Positions 1 through 12,500 of a stretch of DNA of 51,770 nt are shown piece by piece. The notes under the pieces are model-generated. The model was not told where the DNA came from. It was given only the letters and a program-made list of their open reading frames with translations, and did no database searches. The translations under genes were made by a program, and so were the position numbers. Within the stretch, counting starts at the first letter, position 1, and every line of letters begins with the position of its first letter. Source of the stretch: Folioceros fuciformis (Eukaryota); the NCBI GenBank assembly GCA_049999805.1, contig JBNGIO010002463.1, forward strand, positions 1 to 51,770. The letters run 5' to 3'.

Positions 1-1151
1 CCGCACGAGCCGCAGTTGTAGTTGTCCGAGCCGGTGGAGATGCACTTCCCGCTGCAGCAGCTCTGGCCGTCCGCACACTTGTTACCGCACGACCCGCAGT
101 TGTAGACATCAGAAGCGAAGCTCACGCATTTCCCTCCGCAGCAGTAGGTCCCCGCAGCGCATTTGTTCCCGCACGAGCCGCAGTTGTAGTTGTCCCAGCC
201 GGTGGAGATGCACTTCCCGCCGCAGCACGATTGCCCGACCGCGCACTTGTTGCCGCACGAGCCGCAGTTGTAGACATCGGAAGCGAAGCTCACGCACTTC
301 CCGGCGCAGCAGTAAGTCCCCGCAGGACACTTCTTCCCGCAGGAGCCGCAGTTGTAGCTGTCGGAGCTGGTGGAGATGCACTTCCCGCCGCAGCAAGTCT
401 GGCCGGCCGCACACTTGTTGCCGCACGACCCGCAGTTGTAAGCATCGCTGGAGGTGGAGATGCACTTCCCACTGCAGCAAGACTGGCCCGCCGCGCACTT
501 GTTGCCACAGCTGCCGCAGTTGTACACATCAGACGCGAAGCTGATGCACTTTCCGTCGCAGCAGTGCGTCCCGGCCGGGCACTTCTTCCCGCAGGAACCG
601 CAGTTGTAGGAATCCGACTTGGTCTTGGTGCATTTGCCGCTGCAGCACGACTCCCCAGCACCGCACTTGTTCCCACACGACCCACAATTGTACACATCAG
701 ACGCAAAGCTGATGCACTTCCCTCCACAGCAGTAGGTCCCGGCCGGGCACTTGTACCCGCACTTCGCGCAGTTGTACGAATCCGTGCCCGTGTTGGCGCA
801 CTTCCCTCCGCAGCAAGACTCTCCGGCCCCGCATTTGCTCCCGCACTTGCCGCAGTTCTTGACATCGGAATTGGTGTCGGAACAGGCACCGTAGCAGCAC
901 TGGGATCCCTTGGCGCAGGCCTTCTTGCAGGCTCCGCAATTGTAGAGGTCCACCAAGGTGTCGACGCACTTGCCGCTGCAGCAGGTCTGCTTGATCTTGT
1001 CGCAGTACGCCGTCACCTTGGGGGTGCAGTAGTCGTAGCCTTTATGGTGCCCGCCGTCTCCGAATGCAGCTGGAGCGGCGGCCAGCACCAACAGAGCGGC
1101 CAGCAGCACCAGAATCTGTGCTGCTGGCTGCGACGCCTTGGACTTCGTCAT
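1..1151 (-). CDS. Secreted STIG1-like Cys-rich tandem-repeat protein, copy 1 (3' end outside window)
   Basis: ATG at 1151 gives MTKSKASQPAAQILVLLAALLVLAAAPAAFGDGGHHKGYDYCTPKVTAYCDKIKQTCCSGKC, then 28-aa repeats YNCGxCGxKCxAGxxCCxGKCxSxxSD. The frame is open to position 1. Missing from the ORF track because it has no stop in the window. Paralog of 21895-24057. Confidence 0.9.
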   Translation of the reverse strand, partial: MTKSKASQPAAQILVLLAALLVLAAAPAAFGDGGHHKGYDYCTPKVTAYCDKIKQTCCSGKCVDTLVDLYNCGACKKACAKGSQCCYGACSDTNSDVKNCGKCGSKCGAGESCCGGKCANTGTDSYNCAKCGYKCPAGTYCCGGKCISFASDVYNCGSCGNKCGAGESCCSGKCTKTKSDSYNCGSCGKKCPAGTHCCDGKCISFASDVYNCGSCGNKCAAGQSCCSGKCISTSSDAYNCGSCGNKCAAGQTCCGGKCISTSSDSYNCGSCGKKCPAGTYCCAGKCVSFASDVYNCGSCGNKCAVGQSCCGGKCISTGWDNYNCGSCGNKCAAGTYCCGGKCVSFASDVYNCGSCGNKCADGQSCCSGKCISTGSDNYNCGSC

Positions 1152-1294
1152 CGTCACTCGAGATCTTCTCGATCGCCTTCAGCACTGAAGAAGCTCCGTT
1201 GGCCTTGCGGAAGCTCGGTTGATCGGGTGGCAGTGCCTGCTCGGATCTCTCTCTGTTGTTCCCCACTCCGATCTGATGAAGCCAAAGATCGAGG

Positions 1295-1330
1295 ACTGCA
1301 TTGGCCTGCTGCCTGCCCGCCTTTTAAACC
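1295..1330 (-). promoter_or_regulatory. Putative core promoter (TATA-like) of STIG1-like copy 1
   Basis: Minus-strand GGTTTAAAAGG...GCCAATGCAGTCC aligns with GGTATAAAGAG...GCCAATGCAGTCC upstream of copy 3 (24175-24212). Confidence 0.5.
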
Positions 1331-1948
1331 TGCCCGCCCGGCGCCCGTCGACCCGGTCGTGTGTACCCGAGTGGTCGCGTGGTCTTAAGACGGTCCGACG
1401 TGTCCTTCCCCAGATCTTGCGTCTCTCTGCTCTCCACCTTGCTCGTGCTGGATAGATAGCCGGTACCGGAGTTAACTGGATATGTATAGGCATGTTGCCT
1501 GGATTGTCGCTGGTGCCAGGTGAACCCGCACTACCCGCTCTTGCCTCGGACGCCAGGCGCTATTTGTCACTATAAAGTAATTGCAGGCACGAAACCCGAA
1601 GCGCCTGGTCGTCATGGTGTCTTTGTTTGCATATGCCAATGCCAGGTTCCCATGTAACCCGTACCCGGAGGATTTCCAGCCACGTTGTACAAAAGACAAC
1701 GAACATTAATATTTTACGGCCGGGTTGAGGGCTCCGGGGCCGGAGGTTTTGGATTTCTCCGACCCAGAGTACCCGCCATGCCGGTTGGCAGGGTCTGAAA
1801 TAAAGGAACAGCGTTATATACAATCTGGGTTGGATGTCATATGGGACCAGGAATCGCCCGTTTTTTTGCCATTTCCATGATAAGCTGCAAGTTGCCCTCT
1901 TTACATGAATCGTTCTAGGACAGGGAGCGTGTGCATTGTACAGATGGA

Positions 1949-2018
1949 CTCTTTTGTTCTGCTATTGACTTTAGCAAGACCTGGCTCTTTTGTGCTGCTA
2001 TTGACTTTAGCAAGACCT
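1949..2018 (+). repeat. ~36-bp tandem duplication
   Basis: CTCTTTTGT(T/G)CTGCTATTGACTTTAGCAAGACCT occurs twice. Confidence 0.85.
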
Positions 2019-2153
2019 CCAACTGGATTCAATGTGCCAAGCATATGTGGTAGGTATCAAGTGTGAAGCATGCTACAAATTGTGAAGACATTGCTAATAG
2101 AAACGTGTATCAATCTCAACATTTGTCTTTATGGTGTAGCTCCAGGTTTGAGC

Positions 2154-3239
2154 ATGAGCGAGGGAGGAGGTCCTTTGCTCCTCCAAACCCACATTGGGGA
2201 TAATGTAGCAACACACTTACAAGGTCCTGGCTATTCTGCAGCTTGGATGCCACAATTTCAGACTGAGCTGGAAAGCCAAGGTCCTCAGAACCCGTCTATG
2301 AATCCCCGAGGGCAAGAAAAGGTCTAGGGTTCAAGCTTCAAATCAAGTTGATTCATCACTCATTGACAAAGATAACACAAGGAAAGGTGGGACGAATCTG
2401 AATTGCTCATATTGGTTTCTGTACGGAAGGATGATGTTATGAAGCACAGGGACAGCGGTATGAAAGAAAAGGTGACTCTTGCCAACACAAGATGGGCTGT
2501 AATTTCAACTTCATGTGCAAGCCATAAGGTTTACAGGACGGCGAAGCAATGCCACGATCGCTAGGAAGCTCTCATGACGGATTTCAATAAGGTCCAAGAT
2601 TGGGAGCGACCTGGTCACAATTTAAGACGGAGCAGCTATTGAAATATGGAGAAGGTTGAGAGAATTGCTCAAAAGCTGCCCAAAGCCTTCCTCCGTACCA
2701 TGTATGAAGCCATGTATGTGTTATGCTACAACAAGGCAGTCAATGCCAATGGGACTTTTGATAGCACTAAACTAAACAATGGTATTGGGAGCTCGGGTAA
2801 TATCAGACAAGTAGATTCTAAGTGTTGCCTTGAGCTGGACCCCCAAGTGCAAGCATAACTATTTGGAGACGACGGGGAGCAAGAACATGCCTCAACCTGG
2901 AAAGGTAAAAAGAGGAAAACATCGAAGGACTCCACCATCACTGGATTGGTGCCCATGATGAAGGAGAATCATGCTGCAAAACTGGAAGCCATGAGGGAAG
3001 CTAAGGAGCATCGGAAACAACGGCATAAGGAACTCTTAGACTTAGAGCGTTACAAGATAGCATCCATTACAGCAATGGAGCAAAGGAAACTTGAGGTGTA
3101 TGAGTGTACCGAGGAGAAAAGATTGCAAGCTAACTCTGAATTTGGGCATGGAGTGGTCCAGGCAATGACTGACATATCTCTTGGGATCCGAAGTCTTAGT
3201 TCAGCTATCATAGAGGTAGCCCATATCAAGAAAGGGTAG
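2154..3239 (+). pseudogene. Harbinger ORF1, Myb/SANT-like trihelix DNA-binding protein (disrupted)
   Basis: Reading through stops: RWDESELLILVSVRK...RWAVISTSCASHKVYRTAKQCHDR*EALMTDFNKVQDWER...SY*NMEKVERIAQKLPKAF, then a coiled-coil tail (2946-3239). Confidence 0.8.
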
Positions 3240-3391
3240 GTAGAACTTACACAACATTTATTTCTCAACAACAAAGGACTGAACGTATGGTTTCTAGTTC
3301 ATCAGTTCATTTCATTGCTCCATAACATGTGCATCAACATGTCTCTAAACTTGTGACCTTCGACACTACCGGGGCCAGTTGCTATGAAGTT

Positions 3392-4679
3392 TCAATGCAT
3401 GCCATCTTCTTCATCGTCGTCCTCGCCTGCCAACAGTCTTGGATTTATCTCATCACCACGATCTATCCAAATGTTGTACAGTAACACACACGCATAACTC
3501 AATGCATTGAAGTAGTTGATGTTGCCTCGCCACACTTTCCTACCTAGTATCCGCCAGACCTTTTTCAGTGCTCCGAAAGCGTCCTCAATGACCATATGAG
3601 AAGAGGATAGCTTGAAGTTAAAAGACTCTTTATCTGCCATCAAACCTCGACCAGGAAAAGGGATGATCAACCATGGAAGCAAGGGGTAGCCAGCATCTCC
3701 GATGATATACTCTCGCACTTCCTCGTTATCCATGAGCATGGATGGTTCATTCAACCGTGCACCTGCATTGACTTGGTGATAGAAATATGAGTTGTATAGA
3801 ATTCTCGTATCATTTGCAGGTCCTTGCCAACCTGTTACTACATCTAAGAACTTCTTATTAGGGCCTACGATACCTTGCATTGCGATTGTGAAATCTTTGT
3901 ATCTTCCTCGATACTCCCATTGGTTTTCTCCTACAAGTAGTTCTAGCCGGAAATGGGTCACATCGATGGCACCATAACAGTTCATGAAGCCATGTCGTTC
4001 AAAGAATCCTGCCTTCACTTCCTCCAATTGACTAGCTAATGGCCAGGCAAGGTGATGCCTAGCCTTCTGTATGATTGCTTTGACAAAAACGGTGAGTAAT
4101 TGTGCAGGCAGTTGATTGTCCCACTCCAAAGCTTTCACCTAAAGAGACAAAGCTATCACATGTGGCCAGTCTCCTTAAGGCAATGACAACCTATTTCTGC
4201 ACAGAGATAATTCTCCCAGGGATGTTCACAAATCCAGGAACTGGAGTCGGGTCAAGAACGTCATGAACTAGATTGCAGATGTACGTAAAGGTTGCCCATG
4301 GGAATCAATAGAAACAGGCAAACCTCTTTGGATCCTCTTGTGCCACTTGAAGGTATAAAGTCCACATGCCCTGCATGTGGGGTTTCACATAGTACGTTGA
4401 TAATTGAATGCCTGTTAGAAATCCCCTTGGTAATTGTCCTATGCGGGCTACAATTGCAAGAGCAGCCTCCAATTGTTGACATGACAGAACAGTGTTATCA
4501 AGAGCATCATCTAGAAGTCTTTGGTCATCCATGCTCACAGATCTTAAAGATAGCCCGCAATCGGTGATGGCAGCATCACTACTCCCCTCAAAGTAATTCA
4601 GTAAATAAAACAAGTCTCGAACTGCACTTAGTGTAGCAAGGGCTATGCCGTAGACGACCATTTGCTCCACATTGGCCAT
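3392..4679 (-). pseudogene. PIF/Harbinger (HARBI1-like, DDE_Tnp_4) transposase, N-terminal part disrupted
   Basis: Motifs GAIDVTH, IIGDAGYPL and FNFKLSSSHMVIEDAFGALKKVWRIL in ORF 3392-4138. Likely N-terminal remnant at 4305-4679. Confidence 0.9.
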
Positions 4680-5245
4680 AGATTGTCAATCCCTGAGCTT
4701 CAACCTAAAACGTAGTTGCTTGCTTCAACCTCAAAAGTAGCTGCTTGTTGAGCATGAAACTTGCTGAGCTTTGTCAAAGTCCATAGCGACACTTGAGTTT
4801 GATCGCGAACAGCCCAAGCCCAGCCCGTTGTATTGAACCAGTGATGAACCATTTTAGGCACTTGGCAGCTGTCGGCCATGAGTTCTGGTATGGGATCATT
4901 CACATGTAACCGGGAAAAAAGTCCTCGGAAAAAACGCTTAGGATCCGGGCTACATGGGAACCTAGCATAAGGGCAAAGTCACCGTGGTGTCCATGATTTG
5001 AGCTCTAACAACAGAGTACCTGGCCATAATGCATGCCGTTCCGGATCACTGTAATCTCACTGCAGCGTAACCTGCGTGCAAATTTGAAGAGGAGACAGCA
5101 CAAATACCTTGCGGGGGTTACTTGACAACGCCTTATACCTCACAACGCGTATCAAGTTACATTGCCTTGTTGCTTGTGTTTTGAAAGGATAGCATAGCAG
5201 TGCGCACTAGAAGCAAGCTTCGTAGTTCAGGCTCCATAGTGCACG

Positions 5246-5635
5246 ATGAGGATTGATCTCTAAGCGGTGATTGCCTAGTTGGAAGAAGATGAACCTATAA
5301 AACTCGGTTATGTGCCGCTGCGCATTGTTGTTGAGGATTATGATGCAAGATCACATATGTATCGAGCGTGTGTTACTTGTTTCACAGTGATCTCCTCCAA
5401 ATGGTTGGTGCAAAAAATGTAAGGAAGTTGTAAGTGGCAAGCTGCACTATCGTTTAGTGCTGCTGCTTGCAGATCCAAGTTCCAAGATATGAGCAACCGC
5501 TTTCACAACTAGAAGGGATTTTATGAGGTTGACTCCAGAGGAGCTCAATATAAAAGAAGTGAGAGGAGAAGCCTCAACTTTGCTTAAAAGGGTGCAAGGA
5601 AGGCATTTCTTTTGCCTCTTCGCCATTACGAGCTT
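5246..5635 (+). pseudogene. RPA70 C-terminal OB-fold/zinc-ribbon-like remnant
   Basis: Manual translation across two frameshifts: MYRACVTCFTVIS/PNGWCKKCKEVVSGKLHYRLVLLLADPSSKI*ATAF/EGIFMRLTPEEL...LLKRVQGRHFFCLF. This follows the YxACxxC..CxxC..YxL..D..TxF..EL pattern of Rep_fac-A_C. Confidence 0.6.
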
Positions 5636-6058
5636 CGCTATTCGCTATTACGAGCTTCGCTATTAAGAGAGCCATTGTTCGCCACCTTGTAAGCATTATT
5701 ATTTTATTATTTTACGAACTGTATGTGCAACACTCGTTTCCAACCAGTTGTGCTAACAACCCAAGAACACCAAGCATTGAAGGTCTGCCCTTAGGTGTCT
5801 TGGACTTACCCAAATGGCAACATGAATTTACAACTAGCAAACAAGCCTTTGCTTATCATAAGTAGGGACTATAGTGATAATGTCCCTCCCAACGTTTGAG
5901 TGGTGAAAGGCGCTGATGCGCAACACGTGCTTTGTGGCTCACATTTTGGTTTCAATGCTCCTCGGTTTTGCGATCTGCAATGAGAACGCTCTCCACAAGA
6001 TAACCAAGATTAGACCATCTACTTCAGCTAGACTGAGCAACATCGATGGTGTTAATCA

Positions 6059-7210
6059 ATGAACAACTGCGGGTCTTGCGGGAACCAGTGCGGTGCCGGG
6101 GAGTCGTTCTGCAGCGGCAAATGCTCCAAGACGGTGTCGGGTTCTCACAACCGCGGGAAGTGCGGGTACAAGTGCCCGGCTGGACCCTTCTGCGTCCGAG
6201 GGAGGTGCGTGAGCCTTGCTGATGACGAGTACAAGTGCGGGGCGTGTGGCAACAAGTGCGGCGCCGGGCAGAATTGCTGCAGCGGGAAGTGCGCCGACAC
6301 GGTGTCCCACTCCTACAACTGCGGGGCATGCGGGTACGAGTGCCTGGCCGGGACGTACTGCTGCGGTGGGAAGTGCATTAGCTTTGCGTCTGATGTGTAC
6401 TGCTGCGGTGGGAAGTGCATTAGCTTTGCGTCTGATGTGTACAGCTGCGGCAGCTGTGGCAACAAGTGCGCGGCGGGCCAGTCTTGCTGCAGGTGGAAGT
6501 GAATCTCCACCTCCAGCGATGCTTACAACTGCGGGTCGTGCGGCAACAAGTGTGCGGCCGGCCAGACCTGCTGCGGCGGGAAGTGCATACCCACCAGGTC
6601 CGACACCTACAGCTGCGGGTCCTGCGGCAAGAAGTGTCCTGCGGGGACTTCCTGCTGAGGCCGGCCAGACCTGCTGCGGCGGGAAGTGCATATCCACCAG
6701 TTCCGACACCTGCAGCTGCGGCTCCTGCGGGAAGAAGTGTCCTGCGGGGACTTCCTGCTGCTGCTGAGTCTTGTGATGTCTACAACTGCGGGTCGTGCGG
6801 CAACAAGTGCGAGGCTGGGCAGTCGTGCTGCAGCGGGAAGTTTCTGTCCACCTCCAGCGACGCTTACAACTGTGGCGCATGCGGGAGCAATTTCGCGGCC
6901 GGCAAGTCCTGCTGCAGAGGCACTTGTGCTTGAGCTTCGTGGACGACGCTACAAGTGCGGCAGCTGCGGCACCAAGTGCGGGGCTGGCCACTCGAGCTGC
7001 GGAGGCAAGTGCGTGAGTTTCTACGACGAGGAGTACAACTGTGGCGCCTGCGGGAAGACCTGCGCCAAGGGATCGCTTTGCTGCAAGGGAAGCTGCCTGG
7101 ACTGCTCCAGTGACAACAACAACTGCGGCTGCTGTGGCAACGTGTGCCCCGTCGGGAAGTACTGCTCCGGGGGCGAGTGCGTCCCCAAATACTACCATAA
7201 TAAGCCCTGA
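6059..7210 (+). pseudogene. STIG1-like repeat gene, copy 2 (5'-truncated, frameshifted)
   Basis: Same 28-aa Cys repeats, but with no signal peptide, with stops (6500-6502, TGA near 6656, 6931-6933) and frameshifts. It ends ...CVPKYYHNKP*, matching copy 3 (...CVPKYYHKKP*). About 160 bp of 3'UTR (7211-7365) is homologous to 21740-21894. Confidence 0.85.
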
Positions 7211-9524
7211 ACAATGTTGGAGTAGTTTACCATCTGCCGCATTCTGGCTGCGATCTCACATTGCAGGCAGTGGAATGCGTGGATGTCCGGAGTCTTGGTG
7301 TGCCTGGATAAGTGAATCCGCTTCGTTCAAGAGAGCTTGTTGAACGTTTGTTGTCACATTGTTTGCTGTTTGTCATCTTTGCTGAACGTGTCTCAGTGTT
7401 TGCTGTTCCCCTCAGTTCGGTTCAATTCTCTTCTTGTAATCGATTTCTGCTTCGATTGCTGCTGCACTCTCGCAAATCTGCTCCTGTCGCCTGTTCGAGC
7501 TCGCTGTACGAACTCTGCAAATTGCAGATCATGATCGACACCCCTTTCGAAACACAAACTTCTTTCACGAACCACACAACCTCTGCAAGCTGTTCTCCTT
7601 TGGAGAAACCGAGACCGAGGCAGCCACAGCCTTGCCGTCCTCAGTCCTCCACCGATAAGCAAAGAACTATCGGGAATCGGATTCGAACCCCGTGCCATCG
7701 TGGCAAGAGGCCGGAACCGACGCCGTTCGACCCGACCACATGGGGCCGTCCTCGTACCGGACAAAATCACCTGGCGTGCGCGCCGTCCTGTATCCGTTGT
7801 GTCCGATTAGGTGACCGACAGCGTCGACGTCACAGCTGGGTAGCAGAACCGCAGCTGCTCCCTGTTGCCGCAACTGCCTAGTGCTGCGTTGATAAGTCAA
7901 GCGGAACTAGCCACAACACTTCTAAACCCACGCCTGACACAAGTTCATCACGATCCCACTCCGACCGAGTCCAGCCGGTCCCGCAACACACGGTGTTAAG
8001 AGCAGGCTGTCATTTTGACCGAGTACTATCTCAGTCCACGGGATCCTACCTACTCACTGCTCTCACCAGCCCTAGGGGCCTTGCGCCACATCACTGTCCA
8101 GACGTGGGACTGACCAACCGTCCCTTTGGGAATTTCCGGCCACATCGGCACTGGCCAGTTTTATTGACCTGCCAGGCAGATGGATTAATTGTCTATCCAC
8201 CATCTCTTTCCAGCATAGAGATTAGCTCCTGCAACTTTCCACTAACGCTGATGCTACGTTTTTTCTGATTCGAAATTAACTTATTTTAGGTTAGTACACC
8301 ATTTGACTATGAGTTAATATATCTACTGACTAGAGGTCAGTAAACTAATTTTTGGAATTGAATGATGAGTCCAAGGAATTGAAGGATTGTTAAATGGGAT
8401 GGCCGAGAGACAATTGTTGTGGGAACTATTGGAGGTGGTTGTTGGTAGAATAAATATGATTGTGTGGGGATAGGGCATATTGACAGTGGGCCAGTGGAAA
8501 GAGAAAACTAAGAAAGCAACCTCTCTCTACAGCTGTGTCCACAACATCTAAGAAGATTAGCCAACATTCGCTACCTTAGAATAGTTTTATAGTTTCAAGA
8601 TCCTTGTGGTAGTAGGCTCAATTGGTGGTATGGCTCACTCATTAATACTAATGGTCGGTAATAATACATTAATTTAGTGAATTATTAAAGTAGTAATTAT
8701 CCTACAAGAGAGAGAGGTTAGATAGGAGAAACAAGGGCTCCTCTAAGGTGGAATGAATTTGTAGGATTCACCTTGGCATGTCGCACTTGGCTATTCTGGT
8801 CTATCCTTGATTGCTCTTGCGCAAGTAGTGGTGCCGGCTATGTGTGTGCACAATTCTTGGTGGGATGGGGAGTGTGGTGTGGTGGCCAGGATTGAGGGGT
8901 TTACATTTCCTCTTGATTGTAAAGGGTGCATCTTTTTCTTGACCTGTTCGCTCTTGTTTCTGGATGGTTGAGTAGGGACTTGGTGCCGGCCATGTCACGT
9001 GGTGTCTAGTAAGGTTGAGGGGTGGAGGTATCCGAGGGGGAGTGTGTTTCCCTCTTCATCTTTCTTAGGGTTAGCCTAGTTAGGAGGCTCTTGCCCAATG
9101 GGGGGAGTTAGTAGGACGAGTAGTGTGAGGAGTGTAGTTGGTTGCCGAAGGAAAAGCACCAAGAATAGGGTCTGCGCCTAACGGTCGTATTCCATGAAGC
9201 TCGTTTGGTGCACTTTTAAATTTACACCATCCTAGGCACATATCCATCTTTAAGCTGGTTTTAAAAAGCCGTATTGTTTGGACGTGTGTTGGACATAACC
9301 CATAATCATAAATAACTAAAACACCACATGCGTACTGAAACATGAAGTAGAAGACTGAAAATTTTTCGACAAAAATCCAAATCGCCCTAGACCGGCGCAC
9401 GAAACAGTGTGTTTCACTAAAATCAATCTGGCTATGTGCATGCTCTGAATAAAAAACCTTTAGCAGTCAAATTTAAATAAAGGCATATTGTACCACAAAC
9501 TGCAAGCACTTTCAATCTACTTCT

Positions 9525-12500
9525 TTAGATCAAGTCATGGACGTCCTGGATGGCCTCAGAATCGACAACTATCTCTACATCTCTAAGACGTTGGCCCTCT
9601 GTGTCGCCGAAGTCGTCTCCTTCCACCTCCAGTACCGAGAAATGTGGATCGTCCACTGTCTGAGGTGGAAGCGTGCCATTCTCATCCCAAATAGTCAGCG
9701 CATACAGGTCTTCAGCTGGTCGGTCGTCTGAGTGCGTAATAACTTCACCTTTCTTTCCCAGCGGACTGTAAACCTGCATCTGTCGATCCACGCTACCGTC
9801 TGCGCATACTTCCTTGGCCCAAAACTTTGTGGGCCCATGAGAGAAGGGGCCTGTGCTGATCTCTTCATCAGCGTCTGGCAAAGATCCAAGGCCATTCACT
9901 CTCTGCATCATGTAAGTCGTGCATCGTATATCGACGTCCATCGCGACTACATGCCTCCCTCTCTGAATAGCAGCTTGAAGGAATGATCCGGATCCTGCAC
10001 AGGCATCCACTACCCAGTTCCCTTCAATCGAAAACATGTTCACTAGCATCCCCATAAGCCCCAACGGCTTCTGGTATGGGGAGATGACCATCGAATCTGC
10101 CGAGTGAAAAAGGTGCTTTTTCACAACAGCACCATGCCTTATCACTCTCGGCAGTAGAAAACCCTGATTCGCGAATAAGGCTGCTTTGGTGGTCTGAGCT
10201 TCCAAGTGGACTGCACTGCCAACTGTTAGGTACTCAACAGTCTCCACTACCCCTGCATTCGGCGGAATATTCGTCTTTTCCCAAACCATTGTCTATATAG
10301 TGCCTTTCTTGCACCACGGCCTAAGTGCCTCTCTCGCTTGTGAGATCAAGTCAACTCCATGCATAAGCACCACTCGATAAACATTGCTAGTCTTGCATTC
10401 CAAAAACCCCTTGATCATATCTTCAAGTTCCTCGTTAGTCAACTGCCTGTCGTAATCATGTCGTTGAAGCCCACGAGGCAAATCAGCGAACAATAGGGTA
10501 TAGGGTCTCTTTACTAAAAAACCACTCATCTCGAGAACGCTTCGCTGTATCACTTGATACTTGGTTTTTTGGTTGCTATTGGACACTTTGAACTCTGACA
10601 ACCCAGCATCCATGTCAGCGTCCGCTAGCTTCTGCTTCTCCTCTTCTAACCGTTTCCAGTTCCGTGCTGAGTACATGTAATCCTGGAACGGCTTGGGCAA
10701 CGATTCCAGGTCGTTTATATCTGCAAGTTTCCGCCAACAAATACATTCGTTAGCAAACTATGTAGCATTCATTCTTCAAAATGGTTAGACTGCGCCGTTG
10801 CCTTGGTCAATAGCAGGAGTGCGCCGGTCGACCGGCGCACTCTAGCCCATATGAACGGCAGAGGCCAAGCGCAGGCTGGAGTGCGCTGGTCTACCGGCGC
10901 ACTCCAGCCACACGCTACGTGCAAGCAGCCATTCAAGCTGGAGTGCACCGGTAGACGGGCGCACTCCAGCCACACACTGCCTCCAAGCAGCCACTCAGGC
11001 TGGAGTGCGTCGATAGACCGGCGCACTCCAGCCACTAACCAAGCCAATCCGGTGAGTGTCCAAGGTTAGTCGAGATTGAAGAAGGAAATAAAAGGAAACT
11101 TACCACTTTCGCGAAAGCCGTCTAGAATCGAAGAAGATTCGCGTCATCGGTGTGCTTGGGGTAGATCTGTTCGGCTTCTTCGAAGGTCGTGCACTTCAAC
11201 ACTATGCGGAATGCGTGCTGTATCAGATGCATCTTCTTCCTCTTGCCCACCTCTGCGTCCATATCCTTTAGCTGGAGCTTCCCCTGTATGACCTTCTGCG
11301 TCACTGTGATCAGCATTTCTTCTCCTTTTGCCCCTGCTGGAACCCCTTGAAATGCCCTCCAAGGCCTGCCCTACATTGTCGTTACCTTCTTGGTGGACTC
11401 GTCAGCGACCGGAGTGCTACTGGAAGCTATGCCAGCTTCCTCTGGCTTCCTCTTCGCTTTCGCCCGCTTCTTTGTGCCTATGCTCCCTCCTGCTACCTGT
11501 TCCGAAAGCTCGCTCCTCTCCCACATCTTGAAGATCCTGTCCACGTTCTCCCACAGGACTCTACTGCACCTTGCCACGCGATATGGCAGTGTCTGTCTAT
11601 CCACCATCTTCTGGACCCAGTCAGTATCCCTTGGGTCACCTGCCTCATCAGTCATCCCCAACAACCTGTACAGATTGAATTTCCACTTCATTGGTGGCTT
11701 CTCGTCCAGGCCGTGGCTCCTTTAGAAAATATCCAACTCGTCATGGATATATCTTACTTGTTCGATGAAGCCCATCCTCTTCCATTTGTCGACAAACACA
11801 TTGTGATCAACAGCGAGGACTCGCATTTCCTCATCCGTGAGGCCTGCATAAACATGCCCTTCCATCCACTCGTACTTGTCTTCTCCTGGGTACATCTGAT
11901 GCAGCTTCTGCATAGCTGCGAAGTAGTGGTTGCCCCTGCGCTGGTACCCCTGCACTGTTATCTTCTCGAGCGAAACATCCTCCTTCTTGGAAGCCTGTTT
12001 CGGATCAATCATGCATAGGAGAGGTAAAATACCTTCCTTCACAGACCCTGTCTGCATCTGCCTGACCAGGCACTTTGTCCAAACTTCGTCAACCTCACGA
12101 ATCTGGGCATCTGCTGTGATATAGCTTGCAGGGTGGAGGATATCCACATGAAGATCGAACGTGGTCGACCTGATCCTTTTTGCATGGGCTCTTCTACGAC
12201 CAGCGTTGAGGTAGTCCTCATCCTGCGCAACCCTATCCATTCTCTCAGCATCGGTCTCAACTGTTCGGGGCAGCTCATCCTCGAAAGTAGGCCCTTTAGC
12301 CTACCGCCTCTGCTTCCGCCTCGCAGAAACCTCGTTGGCAGGCCCTACCGACCTGCTCTTCCTCTTCTGCGGTGAAGCTGCAATGACACCACAACAATTG
12401 TTGCAACAGATATTCATGACAAGAATCCAGACAGTAAGGAAACCAGACCCGACCACATTGCAGACCGATTAGCAAGATACCCACCTGTGGCTCTTTTTCG

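Larger units (their letters stand above)
1605..4995. mobile_element. Decayed PIF/Harbinger DNA transposon (two convergent ORFs)
   Basis: HARBI1-like transposase on - and Myb/trihelix ORF on +. Inverted repeat 1639-1661 (ATGCCAGGTTCCCATGTAACCCG) vs 4946-4968 matches at 21/23 nt, with a weaker extension 1605-1625 / 4974-4994. Exact ends and TSD not resolved. Confidence 0.8.

Noticed and set aside
5621-5664. Short duplication ATTACGAGCTTCGCTATT
   Set aside because: Ordinary slippage duplication.
10817-11033. CRISPR-like appearance of palindromic repeats with spacers
   Set aside because: The spacers resemble each other (tandem units), the arrays lie in eukaryotic introns, and there are no cas genes.
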